From: Deltaproteobacteria bacterium UBA796
GTDB taxonomy: Bacteria; Myxococcota_A; UBA796
DNA length: 37,520 nucleotides
Direction: 5' to 3'
NCBI GenBank assembly: GCA_002296975.1
Contig: DBIS01000230.1
Location: 1 to 37,520, forward strand
How positions within the stretch are numbered: the stretch's first letter is position 1; the number at the start of each line of letters is the position of its first letter. Below the pieces are notes generated by a model. That model was not told the DNA's origin, searched no databases, and saw only the letters and a list, made by a program, of their open reading frames with translations. Shown in pieces: positions 1 through 8,782 of the stretch. A program made the position numbers and the translations under genes.

Positions 1-81
1 CAGACCCGTTGCGAGAGCCGCGGCCGCTTCAGGGCCGAGGTTCATCTTCCAATTTCCGGCGATAAACCGCCGGCGGCTCAT
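1..81 (-). CDS. tpiA: Triosephosphate isomerase, N-terminal fragment (runs off the window start)
   Basis: The reverse complement of 1..81 reads MSRRRFIAGNWKMNLGPEAAAALATGL. IAGNWKMN is the TIM N-terminal hallmark. Its ATG (79..81) overlaps the pgk stop (78..80) as ATGA, fitting a gap-pgk-tpiA operon. Confidence 0.85.
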   Translation of the reverse strand, partial: MSRRRFIAGNWKMNLGPEAAAALATGL

Positions 82-1262
82 GTGGACCGCCGTTTGTCGA
101 TGACGCGAATTCCTGGAAGGACCGATCCCTCAACGAAGGCCAAAGATGCCCCGCCACCGGTAGACACATGGCTGACCTTATCTGCTAAGCCAAACTGTTT
201 GATGGCTGCGGCCGAGTCTCCACCGCCGACGACCGAGTAGGCATCGGCCTCTGCGACCGCCTCTGCCACGGCCTTTGTGCCGGCACTGAATGCCTCAATC
301 TCAAAGACGCCCATTGGCCCATTCCAAAAGATGGTTTGTGCAGCTTTGATGGCTTCGGTGAATAAGGCGATCGTTTCGGGTCCAATGTCCAGTCCCATCA
401 TGGCCTCGGGAAGCTCAGAGACGATTTCTGATTCGGCATTAGGGGCAATATTGGCGGCAACCACATGGTCGACTGGCAGCAAGACTGTCACGCCCTTGGC
501 TTCGCAGCGTTCCAAAACCCGTTTTGCATGGCTGACTTTTGCAGGCTCCACTCGGCTGCCTCCGACATCTACCCCTTGGGCCTTAAGGAAGGTGTACGCC
601 ATCGCACCACCAATAATGAGGGTGTCGCAGCGCCGAGCCAAAGCGTCGACGATGTTGATTTTATCCTGGACCTTTGCGCCCCCAAGAATGCCAACAAATG
701 GACGCTTTGGGCTGCCTGTGAGCTTGCTCAATGCCTCGATTTCTCCGGCGACCAACAAGCCTACAGCGGCATGTTGCACCAAGGTGGGGACCCCAACAAT
801 TGACGCATCTTTACGGTGCATGGTGCCAAAGGCATCGTTGACGTAGACCTTTCCGAGTCGGGCTAGTTCGCCTGAGAAGTCTAAGGCACCTGTCTTCTCG
901 CCAGGGTGAAACCTGAGGTTCTCCAAGACCATGATGCCGCCGCTCTTCAGCGTCCGTGCGATCTCCACAACGCCAGGGCCTGTAATCTCTGGTGAAAAAA
1001 TGATTTCGGTGTCCAGCAATTCAGCCAGACGGGAGGCGGCAATCTCGAGAGATGCATTTGCGTCTGACCGACCGTCGGGGCGCCCGAGGTGGCTACAAAT
1101 TACTGTTTTACAACCTTGGTCCTGCAGGTACTCAATGGTGGGTATCGCGCGGCGGATGCGCGTGTCATCCGTGATTTTTCCGTCGGCGATGGGGACATTG
1201 AAGTCCACCCGTAAGAGTACTTCTGCATTTTTGAGGTCGAGGTCGCGAATGGTAGCGGTCAT
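78..1262 (-). CDS. pgk: Phosphoglycerate kinase
   Basis: 394 aa. Contains LLRVDFNVP, CSHLGRP, GGAKVxDKI and STGGGA motifs, with typical PGK length. Confidence 0.97.
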   Translation of the reverse strand: MTATIRDLDLKNAEVLLRVDFNVPIADGKITDDTRIRRAIPTIEYLQDQGCKTVICSHLGRPDGRSDANASLEIAASRLAELLDTEIIFSPEITGPGVVEIARTLKSGGIMVLENLRFHPGEKTGALDFSGELARLGKVYVNDAFGTMHRKDASIVGVPTLVQHAAVGLLVAGEIEALSKLTGSPKRPFVGILGGAKVQDKINIVDALARRCDTLIIGGAMAYTFLKAQGVDVGGSRVEPAKVSHAKRVLERCEAKGVTVLLPVDHVVAANIAPNAESEIVSELPEAMMGLDIGPETIALFTEAIKAAQTIFWNGPMGVFEIEAFSAGTKAVAEAVAEADAYSVVGGGDSAAAIKQFGLADKVSHVSTGGGASLAFVEGSVLPGIRVIDKRRST

Positions 1263-1265
1263 GTT

Positions 1266-2267
1266 TTATCCAAGGTTTCCGGCCAGCTTGGCCAAATCGT
1301 TCATGCGGTTGGAGAAACCCCACTCGTTGTCGTACCAGGCCAGAACTTTGGCCATGTGCGTGCCCATCAACTGTGTCGATAGACCGTCGATGATGCAAGA
1401 GTGTGGGTTTCCGATGAGGTCTGAAGAGACCAAGGGTTCGGTGCTGAACTCAAGGATGCCCGAAAGGGCTGAGTCTGCAGCTTGTTGTAGGGCAGTATTG
1501 ATGCGCTCGACGGTCATTGGTCGTTCGGATTGAAAAACCAAGTCGACCAGAGACACGTTTGGGGTTGGGACGCGAATAGACATACCGTTTAGCTTTCCAG
1601 CGAGCCCGGGGAGGACCAAGCCAACCGCAGCGGCAGCACCCGTGGTGGTCGGGACGATGTTCTGAGCGGCAGCTCGCGCCCGACGAAAGTCGCTGTGGGG
1701 AGCATCCAGGAGCCGCTGGTCCATCGTGTAGCTATGGATTGTGGTTATCAACCCGCCTTGGATGCCAAAGGTCGCGTCTAGGACCTGCGCCATCGGTGCC
1801 AAGCAGTTGGTGGTACACGAAGCGTTGGAGATAATCGTATGCCCCGCGTGGAGGGCTGAACTGTTGACGCCCACGCATATCGTGGCATCGGGGTCGTTGG
1901 CCGGCGCGGAAATGATGACCCGCTTTGCTCCCGCTTTGAGGTGCAAGCTCGCATCCTTGCGCGACCGGAAATGTCCGGTGCATTCCATCACGACATCCAC
2001 ATTTAGGGCAGCCCAGGGAAGGGCGGCTGGATCGCGGGATGCGCTTGTGGGGATGGTTTTCCCGTTTACCCGGATACCACCGTCGACGGCCTGGACGTCT
2101 GCATCAAAGGTTCCGTGGACCGTGTCACGCTTCAACAAATGGGCCAATAGTGCATCATCAGCCAAGTCGTTGATGTGGACGAACTCAATGGTGGGGTCGT
2201 CATGGGCCGACCTCAAAATGTTTCTTCCGATCCGACCAAAGCCGTTCAGTGCAACACGAATAGCCAT
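1266..2267 (-). CDS. gap: Glyceraldehyde-3-phosphate dehydrogenase (type I)
   Basis: 333 aa. N-terminus is NGFGRIGR and the active site is SNASCTTNCLAP, followed by WYDNEWGFS. It lies 3 nt upstream of pgk on the same strand. Confidence 0.97.
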   Translation of the reverse strand: MAIRVALNGFGRIGRNILRSAHDDPTIEFVHINDLADDALLAHLLKRDTVHGTFDADVQAVDGGIRVNGKTIPTSASRDPAALPWAALNVDVVMECTGHFRSRKDASLHLKAGAKRVIISAPANDPDATICVGVNSSALHAGHTIISNASCTTNCLAPMAQVLDATFGIQGGLITTIHSYTMDQRLLDAPHSDFRRARAAAQNIVPTTTGAAAAVGLVLPGLAGKLNGMSIRVPTPNVSLVDLVFQSERPMTVERINTALQQAADSALSGILEFSTEPLVSSDLIGNPHSCIIDGLSTQLMGTHMAKVLAWYDNEWGFSNRMNDLAKLAGNLG

Positions 2268-2400
2268 GGTTTAAATCCTCAAAGACGTTGGACTGAAGCG
2301 CTGGTTGGGTGCGAAACCCGTGTGGCCCACGCTTGGTCCTCACACATTGGCCCGCTGAATAACACGGAGGCGGGTCTGGTCCAATCTGTTAGGCAGGCAT

Positions 2401-4008
2401 ATGTCTTTGTTGGTCGCAGAAGTGGTGTGGCCGGGTGCCGATGGGGACCCGGTGGATGAAATCGCCAGCCGTCTGGGGATCTCGCCGGATATGGTCGTGG
2501 ACTGGCAGTTAATTCGGCGTTCGGTTGACGGGCGACGTCGTCCACCCCGTTGGCTCGCCAACTATCTAGTGACACTGAGGGCCGGCGAGGCTGCGGTTTT
2601 GGCTGCGGGCTTTCACGGCGTGAGAAAGACGACAGAACGCGATCACAATCGATTTTCGGTCGAAGACCCTCCCGAGGCCCATCGGCGAGCTTGGGACCGT
2701 TCTTGTCGGCCCATCGTCGTGGGCGCAGGCCCGGCGGGTATTTTCGCAGCCTTACGCTTAGCAGAGGCGGGGGCGCCTGCCATTCTTCTTGAACGGGGAG
2801 ATGCGGTCGCGGGTCGCCATCATGCGGTCCGCGATTTTTGGCGGCATGGTCGCCTCAATTCCGAAAGCAATGTGGTCTACGGTGAGGGGGGCGCCGGGGC
2901 CTTCTCGGATGGAAAAATCTATACCCGACGGCGCGATGGCGATTTGGGGTGGATTTTTAGACGCTTGGTGTTGGCGGGTGCAGACCCCGATATTTTGGCT
3001 GAGGGGTACGCCCATCTCGGTACAGATAAAATCAGGGAAATTTTACCCCGCTTGAGGAAACGGATGATCGACCTGGGCGTTGAACCTCGTTTTAACACCC
3101 GGGTTGACGGTCTGATCGTAGAGGATGGTGTCGCCGTCGGAGTCCGGCTTGCGGACGGTGCTGGACTCCGCGGTGGGCCAGTGATTGTCGCCACCGGTCA
3201 TTCCGCCCGAGATACCTGGGCTTGGATGCTGGATGCTGGAGCGGCCGCAGAGGCCAGGCCTATTCATATTGGGGCACGGATCGAGCATCCTCAGAAATTG
3301 ATCGACAGAGGCCGCTATGGACAGGCCCGGGGTGAGTTTCCTCCAGCGAGCTATCGGCTTCGGTCCAAGCCATCTGATGCTCGGGCTGCGCACACCTTTT
3401 GCATGTGTCCAGGGGGCACCGTGGTTCCTGCGAGCAATCACCAGGGGCGTGTGGTGGTCAATGGCATGAGCTACTCTAAGCGTGCGGCGCCATTGGCCAA
3501 CTCGGCGGTGATCGTGGCTGTAGAGGTGGCGGACTATGATGGCTCAGATGCCCTCGCCGGTGTGCGCTTTCAAGATGCCATCGAGGCCAAAGCCTTTGCC
3601 CTTGCCGGTGAAAATTTTGGGGCCCCCGCTCAACGGGTCGAGGATTTCCTAAACGATAGGCCCAGTACTGTTTTACCAAAAACCTCATACATTCTGGGGA
3701 CCCAACCTGTGGAGCTTAACCGTGTGCTCCCACCGTTTATTATCGACGGAATGAAGGCGGCGATTCGGCAGTTTGAACGCGCTGTACCGGGATTTTCAGG
3801 GCCGGAAGGCGTGATTATCGCGCCAGAGACCCGCACCACAGCACCGCTACGGTTTTTGCGCGACGACACGATGACGTCGACAACCATTAAAGGCTTAATG
3901 CCGATTGGAGAGGGCGCTGGCTATGCCGGTGGGATCATCTCTGCTGCGCTTGAGGGCTACCGGGCAGCGATGGTACTCGTGGAGCGTTTCAGTCCCGTGG
4001 AGGATTAG
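2401..4008 (+). CDS. FAD-dependent oxidoreductase (COG2509-type uncharacterised FAD-dependent dehydrogenase)
   Basis: 535 aa. Has a Rossmann motif VVGAGPAGIFAAL..LLERG and a C-terminal GEGAGYAGGI motif typical of this family. Confidence 0.8.
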   Translation: MSLLVAEVVWPGADGDPVDEIASRLGISPDMVVDWQLIRRSVDGRRRPPRWLANYLVTLRAGEAAVLAAGFHGVRKTTERDHNRFSVEDPPEAHRRAWDRSCRPIVVGAGPAGIFAALRLAEAGAPAILLERGDAVAGRHHAVRDFWRHGRLNSESNVVYGEGGAGAFSDGKIYTRRRDGDLGWIFRRLVLAGADPDILAEGYAHLGTDKIREILPRLRKRMIDLGVEPRFNTRVDGLIVEDGVAVGVRLADGAGLRGGPVIVATGHSARDTWAWMLDAGAAAEARPIHIGARIEHPQKLIDRGRYGQARGEFPPASYRLRSKPSDARAAHTFCMCPGGTVVPASNHQGRVVVNGMSYSKRAAPLANSAVIVAVEVADYDGSDALAGVRFQDAIEAKAFALAGENFGAPAQRVEDFLNDRPSTVLPKTSYILGTQPVELNRVLPPFIIDGMKAAIRQFERAVPGFSGPEGVIIAPETRTTAPLRFLRDDTMTSTTIKGLMPIGEGAGYAGGIISAALEGYRAAMVLVERFSPVED

Positions 4009-4448
4009 CGAAACAGGGCGGAGCTGATTCCGGCTTTGCCGACTGTCAACTGTGCGCGGGATGAGGCACCTTTGTCTCGGCCAACGCATGATGTGTCATT
4101 GACCGTCCAAGAGATGGTTCCGACGGTCGTCGACGAAGCTTCCTCGACGGCCCAAGTTCCAGCCTCGGTACATTCCATTTTTTCATCCATGGCTTCGACA
4201 TACCCGTCGGCAGCCCACGTACCATCCCCCCGAAACTGAAATCGGGTGTAGACGAAGGTCGCACCGTCAGAGTCCGTTGGTGAAAAGTTGGCCGTTGCCG
4301 AGGCGATGAGTGTGGTGATGAAGCCGCCAGTACCGTCTGGGGTGGGCATGGTAATCGCCGGCCCAGCTTTGGCAGCAGGGATGGCGCCCGTGGCTTTCTC
4401 GCCGCAGCCTAAGAAAGTGAGTGCGAAGATTAATGGAATGGTGGTCAT
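4005..4448 (-). CDS. Small lipoprotein, unknown function
   Basis: The track ORF 4005..4853 was trimmed to the internal ATG at 4446..4448, which is preceded by GGAG. The protein starts MTTIPLIFALTFLGC (signal peptide plus lipobox). The upstream extension is Arg/Pro/His-rich and looks non-coding. Its stop overlaps the convergent FAD gene stop (TTA/TAG at 4005..4008). Confidence 0.6.
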   Translation of the reverse strand: MTTIPLIFALTFLGCGEKATGAIPAAKAGPAITMPTPDGTGGFITTLIASATANFSPTDSDGATFVYTRFQFRGDGTWAADGYVEAMDEKMECTEAGTWAVEEASSTTVGTISWTVNDTSCVGRDKGASSRAQLTVGKAGISSALFR

Positions 4449-4508
4449 GGTGGCTCCAAGTCTGATTGCCGTGTATCGTGGTCGACCGCCTCGCTCCACT
4501 GGCGTTAG

Positions 4509-6182
4509 TTGTTGGCCATGTATCGGCTTCTGATCACCTCGTTGGTTTACCTCGGCCTGGCCATGGTTCTCACCTGGCCAGCTGTGGCCCTGGTGGGGCA
4601 AGCGGTACCTGGGGCAGCCTCGACAGAGGCATGGAATGGTTTGTGGGCTCTGAATCATTGGGCTGATGCGCTTTTCTCTTTTCGAGTTCCTTGGCGCGTC
4701 GAAAGCCTCAACTTTCCAAACGGTGGTACTTTTCTTGTTGGCGACCCGGTGGGGTGCACCCTCGTTTCCCCGATTGTTTGGGGCTTCGGGCCCACGGTTG
4801 GCTTTTCGGTGTTGGTTTGGTTTCAGCTGAGTTTGGCGGGCGTGGTCACTCACAAGTTCGCGGAAGATTTTTTGCTGTGGCGCCGAGGTGGTGGAAAGGT
4901 GGGCTTTGGTCCGTGGGTGAGCGGTACAGCCATGATGGTTGCACCGCTATTGGCGAGCCATGTCCATAACGGTGCAACCGAGGCATTATGGGCCGCACCC
5001 GCAGTGTGGTCGGTTTGGATGTTTTGGCGTGCAGCCACTCGCCCGGGTGTTGCTTATGGGCTGTGGGCGTCGGTGGCTTTGGTCGTGGCCACGGTGTGCC
5101 ATATCGAAAGTGGATTTGTAGCGGCGGTCTTTGGGCTTTCGTTGACCATCTTGGGTGCCGGGGGGGGCGTGGCCACCTACACTTGGAGGCGTTGGTGGCC
5201 CCTCGTGACATCTTTCGCGCTGGCTGGATATTCAGTGTGGGCAGTGGGGATCGTCCTGGGTGCCGATGATGGGTTTTCTGGGCAAGATTCTGCAGCATCC
5301 ATCGCGACCATTTTACGGACCAGCGGTGCGGCTGATCCCCTCAGCTATTTGTGGCCGGGGTCCCATTGGTCACCTGATTTTCGAATCACGTCTGATGATG
5401 GCGAACGCTTTATGCATGTCCATTATCTGGGCTTTATCTCGCTTGGCCTCGGTTTTTGGGCATGGCTGCGCCGACGGCGGCACACAGGATTTTTGATCGC
5501 TGGGGGGGCCGTCTGTTTGGTCTTGTCCTTGGGGCCGGTGTTGATGCATGCGGCTCGCCCAGTGCTGATGTCAGGAGAGCTTGCCGTGCCGCTGCCATAC
5601 TATTTGCTCGAGGCGCAGATCGGGTTTCAAAGAATTGACGCCACCTGGAACTTCAGCTTGGGGCCAGTGCTCTGCTTGTCTTTGTTGGGTGGGCTCGCTG
5701 TTGATTTAAGAGGGAAGCGCTTGGCACTTTTGGCCGTGGCGTTGCTCATGTTTGAGGCTCGGGTGATTTCGCCATCATCCGCCCTGCCTGGGACCCTTTC
5801 CACGGTGCCGGAGGCCTCGATTTTGGCTTTGAAACGTGCACCACCAGGAGCCGTAATTAATTACCCGCTTTTGGCTGCGCGTTCCTATTTGGCCGAGCAA
5901 AGTGTTCATGGAAAGCCCGTCGCTGGAACGCCTACGGAGGTTGCTAACCCTCAGGCGAAGCGCCTTTGGGCTCGGATGTTGGCCGAGGCGCACAGCGATC
6001 CAGACACCTTTCATCGGGCGGTTTCAACGACCGCAGAACGTCTGGGGATACGGTATCTCGTGATTCATACAGACCCCGACGCGCCACCGGATATATACAC
6101 GACCATGGTGAGAGAGCTTGAAATGTTGTTCGGTGTGCCCGGTTGGGGAAGCGGTCAAACAAGGGTGGTGGTGTTGTGGTGA
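4509..6182 (+). CDS. Polytopic integral membrane protein, possibly a GT-C-fold glycosyltransferase
   Basis: 557 aa with many hydrophobic helices (Trp/Gly/Leu-rich) followed by a soluble C-terminal domain of roughly 150 aa. The start is TTG at 4509 or, more likely, ATG at 4518. The stop overlaps the next gene's ATG (TGATG at 6180..6184). The functional family was not verified. Confidence 0.6.
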   Translation: MLAMYRLLITSLVYLGLAMVLTWPAVALVGQAVPGAASTEAWNGLWALNHWADALFSFRVPWRVESLNFPNGGTFLVGDPVGCTLVSPIVWGFGPTVGFSVLVWFQLSLAGVVTHKFAEDFLLWRRGGGKVGFGPWVSGTAMMVAPLLASHVHNGATEALWAAPAVWSVWMFWRAATRPGVAYGLWASVALVVATVCHIESGFVAAVFGLSLTILGAGGGVATYTWRRWWPLVTSFALAGYSVWAVGIVLGADDGFSGQDSAASIATILRTSGAADPLSYLWPGSHWSPDFRITSDDGERFMHVHYLGFISLGLGFWAWLRRRRHTGFLIAGGAVCLVLSLGPVLMHAARPVLMSGELAVPLPYYLLEAQIGFQRIDATWNFSLGPVLCLSLLGGLAVDLRGKRLALLAVALLMFEARVISPSSALPGTLSTVPEASILALKRAPPGAVINYPLLAARSYLAEQSVHGKPVAGTPTEVANPQAKRLWARMLAEAHSDPDTFHRAVSTTAERLGIRYLVIHTDPDAPPDIYTTMVRELEMLFGVPGWGSGQTRVVVLW

Positions 6183-7387
6183 TGCCGAAAATGAAAAAAG
6201 GCGTTGTGGGCAGTCGGTTTGAGGGTGTCGTAAGGGTGGAGGGCCTTGCGGGGCCTGCGACCCGCCGTACATGGCTAGGGCGGCCCCTCGGAGAGCGCGT
6301 GGAGTGGGCCTTTCTAGAGGCGGGTATTCCCTTCGTTGGCGATAAGCAGCCCGCCGAAGACCTCGGTCGATTTTTGGTCCGCGCCGATGTGGTGGTGACC
6401 AAGGATGCGTTGCTTGCCTTCTCTGAACTCACCGATGGCGAGGATATCCGCTTTGTGTCGAGTGGACGCCTTGGCAACTTTATTAGCGATTTGGCCTTCG
6501 GCGACGACGACCCTTGGTTGGTTTTTTTGGCGCCAGGCGGTCCAGTGACGGCTGAGCGTATGGCTACTGCTCGTCCCGTGGTGCTTGATCCAAAGGAGCG
6601 GCTCATCGAATTTCAGTTGTCTGAGGCGCATCACGGTGCATCAGCTGTGGAATTGCCCATTTCAGATCGGTTGGTCATGCCCACTTGGCATTGGTCCCAG
6701 CTTTTGTGGGCGAACCTGCTCGGCCTAGGGCCCTTTCTGTGGCGCGGACTCATCGGGAAAAATATTATTGAGGTGGCTGTAAAGGCTTCCGCTGCTGCCG
6801 TTCGGGCGGGTTCGTTTAGGGCGCATAGGATTGGCGCCAAGCTCGGTCGCAAAGGAAAGGGCTGCCGAATCCATCCGTCTGCAGTGGTGGAGGGGTGTTG
6901 GCTTGGCGATGACGTCCAAATCGGGGCCAATGCCGTGGTGCGCGGGTGTATTTTAGGGAACGGCGCAGCGGTCGAGGATTTGGCGATGGTCGAGTTTTCG
7001 GTATTGGATGCTGGGGCGCGGGTGCAGCGGCAGGCGATGGTGAAATTCTCCACCTTAGGGGTCGGCAGTGCCGTGGGCGGGCTGATGCAGTTGAGTGTTT
7101 TGGACCAACATGCAGCCCTAAAGAGGACGGGCGTACTGATGGATGTATCCTTTGGCCAAGGGGTTTCGGTCATGGCCAACGGCCAACGTTTTCCCGCCCC
7201 GCTGGCCATGCTGGGCTGCTGTATTGGCGAACGGTCCACCGTCGGGGCAGGGGTGGCGATCGCGGCTGGGCGTTGCATCCCGCCGAACCTGCAAGTCGTT
7301 TGTGGGCCTGCATCAATGGTGACCCGCATACCCGAAAACCTTGAGGGTTTGGTTGTGGTCTCCGAAGGCAGTTTGGCCCCCCTGTGA
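6182..7387 (+). CDS. Left-handed beta-helix (hexapeptide-repeat) transferase-like protein
   Basis: The C-terminal half carries imperfect hexapeptide repeats: IHPSAVVEGCWLGDDVQIGANAVVRGCILGNGAAVEDLAMVEFSVLDAGARVQ... The start was set at the ATG overlapping the upstream stop. The track ORF begins at 6143, inside the previous gene. Confidence 0.65.
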   Translation: MPKMKKGVVGSRFEGVVRVEGLAGPATRRTWLGRPLGERVEWAFLEAGIPFVGDKQPAEDLGRFLVRADVVVTKDALLAFSELTDGEDIRFVSSGRLGNFISDLAFGDDDPWLVFLAPGGPVTAERMATARPVVLDPKERLIEFQLSEAHHGASAVELPISDRLVMPTWHWSQLLWANLLGLGPFLWRGLIGKNIIEVAVKASAAAVRAGSFRAHRIGAKLGRKGKGCRIHPSAVVEGCWLGDDVQIGANAVVRGCILGNGAAVEDLAMVEFSVLDAGARVQRQAMVKFSTLGVGSAVGGLMQLSVLDQHAALKRTGVLMDVSFGQGVSVMANGQRFPAPLAMLGCCIGERSTVGAGVAIAAGRCIPPNLQVVCGPASMVTRIPENLEGLVVVSEGSLAPL

Positions 7388-8619
7388 GTCCGATGGAAGA
7401 CGCCGGTACATCCGCCATGATTTTAGGGAGCTATCTCGGCCTCCTGAGCTTGGTGTGGCTGGGCCTGATCGCGGGTGTGCAACGGTGGGGTAGTGCCTGG
7501 CAGCTTAAGCGGCCAGGCTTGGATGAGGGAGAAGGGGCCGATGCGATGCGGGTCAGTGTCTGCATTCCGGCCCGAAATGAGGCAGAAAACATTGGTGCTT
7601 GTGTGCGCGCTGCGCTGTCCTCACGATGGCCGAATCTTGAGGTGATCGTCGTCGATGATCGCTCGGATGATGGCACGGCGGATGTGGCAAAGGCCGTCGG
7701 GCTAGGAGATGAGCGCCTTCATGTCGTTGAGGGCACACAACCGCCGAGAGGATGGGCCGGAAAGCCTTGGGCTTGTGTGCGGGCGGCGGGTGAGTCCCAG
7801 GGACAGGTGTTGTGTTTCGTCGATGCTGACGTTCGCCTTGCTCCGGATGCAGTCGGTGCGCTGGTTGGGGAGATGGTCCGCTCAGATCTGCGTCTGATCA
7901 GCGCGTATGGCTCATGGGACCTGCGGGGTTTTTGGGAACGCTTGTTGGTGCCCGCCGTGGGATGGTTGATTCGTGGTGCTGTGAATCTAGATTGTGTCAA
8001 CGACCCTGGCCGGCCGGAGGCCTTCGCCAATGGACAGGTCATCATGGTGGAGCGAAATGCATACGACTCGATGATGGGGCATCAGGTTGTAAAGTCCGAA
8101 GTGCTGGAGGATGTCCGTTTGGCCGAGCAGTTCAAACGCCGTGGGCACTCAGTGGGGATGAGGGTGGCGCCATGGGCCTTTCAGGTGCGCTTGTACGATT
8201 CTCTGGGGGCCATCATCAACGGCTACAGTAAAAACCTATATGAGGGCATGGGGCGGCAACCGAGCCTGGCCTTGGGTGCGGTGCTTTTTATTTTTGTGGG
8301 GGCGCTGCTGCCTTGGTTGGCCCTGTTCGTTTCGTTGTGGGGTCGGCTGGCTTGGGGATGGGCGGTGCCTGGCGATACTTGGCTGTTTTGGTGCGCTGTG
8401 GTGTGCGCTTTACAGCTGGTATTCCGGTGGCGGCTCGAGCTCAAAGATGGACGCCCGGGCACCATTGCTTTGTTGCACCCAATTGCCAATATATTGTTGG
8501 TGTGGATACTTTTTCGTTCGATGTTCGGGATGGAGGCCACATGGAAGGGCCGCAGATTCGTCGATGGGAAGGCCGTCGATGATCCAAGCAAAAACGCCGA
8601 CCCAGAAGGCCGGCGTTAA
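7384..8619 (+). CDS. Family 2 glycosyltransferase with a C-terminal membrane domain (CrtQ/HpnB-like lipid glycosyltransferase)
   Basis: 411 aa with VCIPARNEAENIG, VVDDRSDDGT, PPRGWAGKPWAC, FVDADV and LEDVRLA motifs, plus C-terminal TM helices. The architecture matches CrtQ/HpnB-type GT2 enzymes. The GTG start at 7384 overlaps the upstream stop (GTGA); an alternative ATG lies at 7393. Confidence 0.8.
   Translation: MSPMEDAGTSAMILGSYLGLLSLVWLGLIAGVQRWGSAWQLKRPGLDEGEGADAMRVSVCIPARNEAENIGACVRAALSSRWPNLEVIVVDDRSDDGTADVAKAVGLGDERLHVVEGTQPPRGWAGKPWACVRAAGESQGQVLCFVDADVRLAPDAVGALVGEMVRSDLRLISAYGSWDLRGFWERLLVPAVGWLIRGAVNLDCVNDPGRPEAFANGQVIMVERNAYDSMMGHQVVKSEVLEDVRLAEQFKRRGHSVGMRVAPWAFQVRLYDSLGAIINGYSKNLYEGMGRQPSLALGAVLFIFVGALLPWLALFVSLWGRLAWGWAVPGDTWLFWCAVVCALQLVFRWRLELKDGRPGTIALLHPIANILLVWILFRSMFGMEATWKGRRFVDGKAVDDPSKNADPEGRR
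8590..8617 (-). terminator. Putative intrinsic terminator for tRNA-Gly, embedded in the 3' end of the convergent GT2 CDS
   Basis: On the minus strand, AACGCCG (8611..8617) pairs with CGGCGTT (8593..8599), with two extra inner C:G pairs. A U5 run follows (plus-strand AAAAA at 8590..8594). The structure starts 4 nt after the tRNA CCA end. Confidence 0.45.
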
Positions 8620-8621
8620 AG

Positions 8622-8697
8622 TGGAGCGGGAGACGGGATTCGAACCCGCGACATCCAGCATGGCAAGCTGATGCTCTACCAACTGAGCTACTCCCGC
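8622..8697 (-). tRNA. tRNA-Gly (anticodon GCC), CCA encoded
   Basis: The reverse complement is GCGGGAGTAGCTCAGTTGGTAGAGCATCAGCTTGCCATGCTGGATGTCGCGGGTTCGAATCCCGTCTCCCGCTCCA. It folds as a cloverleaf with acceptor GCGGGAG/CTCCCGC, D-arm GCTC..GAGC, anticodon loop TTGCCAT and T-loop TTCGAAT. Confidence 0.95.
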
Positions 8698-8707
8698 GAC
8701 GGCTGCG

Positions 8708-8735
8708 TTTCTAACAAGTGGCTAGGCGGTGTCAA
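8708..8735 (-). promoter_or_regulatory. Candidate sigma70-type promoter for tRNA-Gly
   Basis: On the minus strand, TTGACA (8730..8735) is followed by a 16-nt spacer and TAGAAA (8708..8713). The -10 element ends 10 nt upstream of the tRNA 5' end. Confidence 0.4.
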
Positions 8736-8782
8736 GGCCCAAGCGCAGACCTGATGTCGAATGCCTTGAGGTGCTCGGCCAG

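Noticed and set aside
277-1533. Long plus-strand ORFs (277..846, 465..803, 931..1533) antisense to pgk. Similar shadow ORFs lie elsewhere, for example 1741..2274, 5944..6606, 6631..7329, 14135..14962, 20036..20560, 26492..27382, 27349..27933 and 28485..28874.
   Set aside because: They overlap genes with unmistakable conserved motifs. Their translations are Arg/Pro/Ser/Ala/Trp-rich low-information sequence typical of off-frame or antisense reading in GC-rich DNA. None has a convincing RBS or a recognisable motif.
2268-2400. A divergent promoter region between gap and the FAD oxidoreductase (TTGGAC-N17-TATTCA on the minus strand).
   Set aside because: The -10 candidate lacks the invariant final T, and no better hexamer pair was found. 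It is too weak to report as a feature.
4449-4853. The N-terminal 135 codons of track ORF 4005..4853, which would overlap the divergent membrane-protein gene.
   Set aside because: The composition (His/Arg/Pro/Gln/Asn-rich) is non-protein-like. An internal ATG with GGAG and a perfect signal peptide plus lipobox gives a far better gene model.
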